This document shows, one piece after another, positions 28,610 to 32,000 of a stretch of DNA of 32,000 nt; the stretch's first letter is position 1, and the number at the start of each line of letters is the position of its first letter. The position numbers and the translations under genes are program-made. The notes below the pieces were generated by a model. That model was not told where the DNA came from. It saw only the letters and a list, made by a program, of their open reading frames with translations, and searched no databases. The stretch spans positions 115,523 through 147,522 of the forward strand of contig JAUQQP010000031.1 of the NCBI GenBank assembly GCA_030549855.1, read 5' to 3'. Source of the DNA: Cyanobacteriota bacterium SRBZ.bins.94.201705. Lineage in GTDB: Bacteria; Cyanobacteriota; Cyanobacteriia; Cyanobacteriales; Cyanobacteriaceae.

Positions 28610-29509
28610 ATGACCCAGGCAGAAATTCAATACAAGGCCAATTCCCTCTCCATTTCCCCTCAAGAGGCAGATTCTCTCCTGGAGATGGTGGAGTATTCCC
28701 TTTCTACTAACAGTTTTGACCCCAACGACCACCAGACAATAGCCCTAATGGTGGAGGCTTTGGGCGACAACAGGGGAATGATGCGTCTGAAATTTGCCCA
28801 GCGACTGGCCCTGGTGGGCAAGCCGGCAGTCCCTTTTCTTCTGGAGGCCCTCTCCAACCACCCTAACCCCGTAGTCAGACGTGCTGCCGCTAAAACCCTC
28901 ACCCTAATTGCCCCTCCTGAAGCTGTCCCCCAACTTATCCACTCCCTACTCCACGATGAAGACACGGTGGTCAAAGGCTCTTGTGTGGGAGCCCTGGCGG
29001 AAATAGGGGAGGAGGCGGTGCCAGAACTGTTGAGAATCCTTGCCACGGAAAAGGACGAAACCATCAAGGGGCATGCCGCCTGGGCCCTAGCCTTTATTGG
29101 CAGTCGGGCCAAAAACTACCTGTATCAGGCCATGGCTTCTGATTCTGTGGACGTCCGGTGTGCCGTGGTGGGGCTTTTAGGTACTCTGGTACAGGAAAAT
29201 GAGGACGAACAGGCCCTACAGCTTCTTTTTGCCTCCCTTCAAGATTCCTCCCCTGTCATCCGTTGTGAAGCCGCTGCTATTTTGGCCAAAATCAACCATC
29301 CCCAGGTAGCCTCTTGTTTAATCCCCTGTCTGGGAGACCAGGAGGCGGAGGTACGTAAGGCCACTGCCCTTGCCCTGATGAAGGTGGGTAACGCCTCTAC
29401 TATCCCCCTTCTACAACAAGCCCTGGACAAAGAGACAGACGACACTGTTAAACCCATTCTTGCCCTTGCCCTCAATCAACTAAAACGTCAGGCGCAGCCT
29501 GAGGAGTAA
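28610..29509 (+). CDS. PBS-lyase HEAT-like repeat protein (CpcE/NblB-related)
   Basis: 299-aa ORF with repeated units of the form xxVRxxAAxALxxIG (PVVRRAAAKTLTLI, TVVKGSCVGALAEIG, TIKGHAAWALAFIG, VIRCEAAAILAKI, AEVRKATALALMKVG). It starts 3 nt after the pentapeptide gene. Confidence 0.8.
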   Translation: MTQAEIQYKANSLSISPQEADSLLEMVEYSLSTNSFDPNDHQTIALMVEALGDNRGMMRLKFAQRLALVGKPAVPFLLEALSNHPNPVVRRAAAKTLTLIAPPEAVPQLIHSLLHDEDTVVKGSCVGALAEIGEEAVPELLRILATEKDETIKGHAAWALAFIGSRAKNYLYQAMASDSVDVRCAVVGLLGTLVQENEDEQALQLLFASLQDSSPVIRCEAAAILAKINHPQVASCLIPCLGDQEAEVRKATALALMKVGNASTIPLLQQALDKETDDTVKPILALALNQLKRQAQPEE

Positions 29510-30053
29510 GGGGCGGGCCAGAGGCTCAACTTCCCTCCAGTTGTCCGTTTAACCGTCCCACTCCTCTTAGTGGAATTTTTTGCAGATTTTAGACCACTCC
29601 ATCTTCTCTTTTTTACCCCTGTTCCGTCCCCCTTTTAAGCCTTTTTTGAAGGCAAAAGCAAAGGAATTAGCGGCCTGGTAATGGGACAGCATAGCCCACA
29701 AGGTCCACTGCTGGGGGCCAGGTGCTGTTGTGAGATAAGCCAGGGAGCCCTGATATTATTCCACTCCATCTTCCTTTAGCCCTTTCCCCTCAAATCTTTT
29801 TGTTTTTGAGGGTTCCGTTTTTTATCAGCAAGATTCTAAGGGAAAAACCGTACTTTTTGTTGTGTGGTTGTTGTGTGGCTTCGCTGTGGGAAAGGCAATT
29901 TCAAAAAAGGGACATCCTGCCTCTTTCTTCCACCCAAAGGGTTGCGCTCCCTGTTTCCGGGCCAGAAGATTTTCTCTAGCCCCACAGGTCTCGGAAGGCC
30001 AACAACCATACAAGGGCCGAACTCTGACTGGGGTTATGGAATTGACAGGAGAT

Positions 30054-30629
30054 TCACAGCCCGGTCAAGAGCATTAGGAGATATTCTAGTCTCAAAAGTT
30101 CCATTAATAGACTTCTCCCCCTCAACAGGGCTATCAATTCATCTAGAAAAATTGCCTGAGGGAAATTTCCTTTTGCCTCTTCTGAAACTTGTTCTGGGAC
30201 CTGTTCCTGTTTTGGCTGCTGTTCTGGCAGTTGTTCTGGGACTTGTTCTGGGACTTGTTGTGGTACTTGTTCTGGGACTTGTTCTGGGACTTGTTGTGGT
30301 ACTTGTTCTGGGACTTGTTCTGGGACTCGTTCCGATACCTGTGTTGGCGGCTGTTGTGGTGGTTCTTGTGGCACTTCTTGTTGGACGACAGAATTTTCCG
30401 GTTCCAAGGGTGCAGAGGGGGTTGTGGTTGGTTCCCATTCTTCTGGGGAGGCGAAGTATTCTTGCAAGATTAACCAGGACCTTCTCACCTTGTCCCAGCC
30501 CACATTCCAGTAGCCCCTTGCCCTCAATTTTCTTTGTTCTCGCTTGCTCAAACCAAAGAAGATTTTAGAGTTCCGTCTTTGATATTGCCTGTAGTCTAAG
30601 CCGTCATAGATTTTCTTTTTCCTTGCCAT
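30054..30629 (-). CDS. Orphan protein with a basic N-terminal domain and a (VPEQ)n Pro/Glu/Gln repeat linker
   Basis: 191-aa ORF. The ATG at 30629 is preceded by AAGGAG with a 7-nt spacing. The N-terminus MARKKKIYDGLDYRQYQRRNSKIFFGLSKREQRKLRARGYWNVGWDKV has non-biased composition. VPEQVPEQVPQQ tandem repeats follow. I recognise no family. Confidence 0.55.
   Translation of the reverse strand: MARKKKIYDGLDYRQYQRRNSKIFFGLSKREQRKLRARGYWNVGWDKVRRSWLILQEYFASPEEWEPTTTPSAPLEPENSVVQQEVPQEPPQQPPTQVSERVPEQVPEQVPQQVPEQVPEQVPQQVPEQVPEQLPEQQPKQEQVPEQVSEEAKGNFPQAIFLDELIALLRGRSLLMELLRLEYLLMLLTGL
30189..30386. repeat. 12-nt periodic coding repeat (~16 units) with a nested 36-bp higher-order unit
   Basis: TTGTTCTGGGACTTGTTCTGGGACTTGTTGTGGTAC is identical at 30231-30266 and 30267-30302. 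Degenerate 12-mers flank it on both sides. On the minus strand this encodes the VPEQ/VPQQ repeats. Confidence 0.9.
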
Positions 30630-30691
30630 TTTCTTACTCCTTTTGCTTACTGTTATTTAATGACAATTCATCCATCTACAACCTCTATTTT

Positions 30692-30964
30692 TTAGCTTTT
30701 GATTTTTCCAAGACGCTCCCTTGTTTTATGCTCCGGACAACTTCCGATTTTACCAAATGAATTCTCCGCCAACATCCTCCTTTTTGCTCTTCTTCCTTGT
30801 CCCCCACAGGGCCTACTTATTTTCGCTCTCAATCTCTCCATCTTTCTCTTCTCAAGACAACCGAATTCCCCCCTTACTTCTTCTGTATTATCAGGGTTCT
30901 TGTCTCCTCCCAACGGCCCCTCTTGTCGCCTTATACTCAGCTCGTCTCTCTCTTTGGAATCCAT
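30692..30964 (-). CDS. Possible 90-aa highly charged orphan protein; coding status doubtful
   Basis: The ATG at 30964 is preceded by AAGGAGG with a 7-nt spacing, downstream of a consensus promoter. However, the minus strand here is strongly purine-rich, which alone yields long stop-free K/E/R/G-rich frames and Shine-Dalgarno-like strings. Confidence 0.35.
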   Translation of the reverse strand: MDSKERDELSIRRQEGPLGGDKNPDNTEEVRGEFGCLEKRKMERLRAKISRPCGGQGRRAKRRMLAENSFGKIGSCPEHKTRERLGKIKS

Positions 30965-30993
30965 ATTACCCCCTCCTTATTTTACCTGGTTTC

Positions 30994-31023
30994 ATTATAG
31001 CTAAATCTCATATTTTCTGTCAA
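30994..31023 (-). promoter_or_regulatory. Consensus-hexamer sigma70-type promoter on the minus strand, TTGACA-18 nt-TATAAT
   Basis: The reverse complement reads TTGACA (31023-31018), an 18-nt spacer, then TATAAT (30999-30994). It lies ~30 nt upstream of the 30964 ATG. Confidence 0.65.
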
Positions 31024-31325
31024 GTTAATTTATACATTTTTTAACAAAAAGCCTACAAAATTTTGGAGTTATGAAATTTGCATATACTGAGATATTTTTT
31101 ATTACAAATGGTAGTAATAATAGGGGGTAAAAATGTATAGCGTAATGGAAAAAATCTAAAAAATTACTGTTGAATGATTTGGGAGAAAAACGAGAGCAAA
31201 ATATCCCGATGTTACTATCAATAGGGGGCGGACGCGGGGGAAGTGGAGTTGGGAACTTTGTCTATAGAATTGCGGAGGAATAAGTTATACTAGGGGGGGT
31301 GAGAGTGAATTTCAAAGGGATAGGT

Positions 31326-32000
31326 ATGACTAGTGTAGAATCTCCAATGGATGCGCCAAAAAGGGGATTGCCCGTAACAATCATCACTGGGTTTTTGGGC
31401 AGTGGTAAAACGACGCTTCTCAACCACATCCTGACCAATCAACAGGGGTTAAAAACGGCGGTATTGGTGAACGAGTTTGGGGAGATAGGGATTGACAATG
31501 ACCTGATTGTAACGACAGATGATTCAATGATCGAGTTAAGCAATGGTTGTATCTGTTGCACTATAAATGCTGACCTGGTAGATGCGGTATACAGAATTCT
31601 TGAGAAAGAAGATAGAGTAGACTATCTGGTGGTAGAGACTACAGGAGTAGCTGACCCCCTGCCCGTGGCCCTCACCTTTCTGGGCACTGAATTGAGGGAC
31701 ATGACCAGACTAGATTCCATTATAACTGTAGTGGACTGTGCCCATTTCAGTCTAGACCTGTTCAACAGTGAGGCTGCTTATAATCAGATTGCTTATGGGG
31801 ACATTATTCTCCTGAACAAAATAGACTTGGTAGACGAGGCCGATGTGGACTTATTAGAGGCAAGAATTAGAGACATCAAACCGGGGGCAAGAATTCTCCG
31901 CACCACAAAGGCGCAAGTACCCCTCCCACTTATTTTGAGTGTTGGCCTGTTCGAGTCCGACAAGTACTACACAGGAGATAATGCCGCCCACCACCACCAT
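31326..32000 (+). CDS. COG0523/CobW-family G3E P-loop GTPase (putative metallochaperone); the 3' end runs off the window
   Basis: Not in the track because the window edge cuts it. My translation is MTSVESPMDAPKRGLPVTIITGFLGSGKTTLLNHIL...NGCICCT...VVETTGVADP...LNKIDL...AAHHHH. It shows the Walker A motif, the CxCC metal motif and a His-rich stretch, all typical of COG0523. Confidence 0.85.
   Translation, partial: MTSVESPMDAPKRGLPVTIITGFLGSGKTTLLNHILTNQQGLKTAVLVNEFGEIGIDNDLIVTTDDSMIELSNGCICCTINADLVDAVYRILEKEDRVDYLVVETTGVADPLPVALTFLGTELRDMTRLDSIITVVDCAHFSLDLFNSEAAYNQIAYGDIILLNKIDLVDEADVDLLEARIRDIKPGARILRTTKAQVPLPLILSVGLFESDKYYTGDNAAHHHH

Noticed and set aside
29864-30568. 234-aa plus-strand ORF with an LVLGLVVVLVLG hydrophobic repeat, which looks like a membrane protein
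   Set aside because: It is the antisense reading of the 12-nt repeat. It has no Shine-Dalgarno and a low-complexity N-terminus. The minus-strand ORF has a strong Shine-Dalgarno and a compositionally normal N-terminal domain.

Overview
This is a chromosomal segment of a phycobilisome-type cyanobacterium. Markers are cytochrome c6, a CytM-like cytochrome, a CpcS-family bilin lyase, a PBS-lyase HEAT-repeat protein, DUF4079 and a fused 5-oxoprolinase. GC looks moderate to low by eye, and I noticed no HIP1 (GCGATCGC) octamers. I can support about 26 protein genes, mostly housekeeping: hemE, purB, petJ, holA, rsmD, fni, surE, dnaN, rplS, plus a creatininase/C-N hydrolase pair and a COG0523 GTPase. 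There is also one tRNA-Trp and one frameshifted MFS transporter pseudogene. I found no cas genes, reverse transcriptase, transposase, toxin-antitoxin pair or known defence genes, so I cannot name a new multi-gene system with confidence. The unusual part is the non-coding DNA. By my coordinates, six gene-free tracts longer than 350 bp total about 7.7 kb, roughly 24% of the window, and they are structured. (a) A 1.5-kb degenerate periodic array (8400-9900) is built on the core ACAGCCACTGGTTAC. (b) A near-perfect 81-bp tandem repeat lies at 10507-10735. (c) A 65-bp x5 tandem array of hairpin units lies at 13496-13825 and shares sub-motifs with (a). (d) An ~800-bp almost G-free pyrimidine tract sits upstream of dnaN. 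(e) A perfect consensus promoter drives a GC-rich structured leader ahead of the creatininase operon. (f) A consensus-promoter-driven pair of orphan ORFs includes a (VPEQ)n repeat protein. All functional readings of these elements are inference. Coordinates and motifs were read directly from the sequence, and no database search or folding calculation was run.
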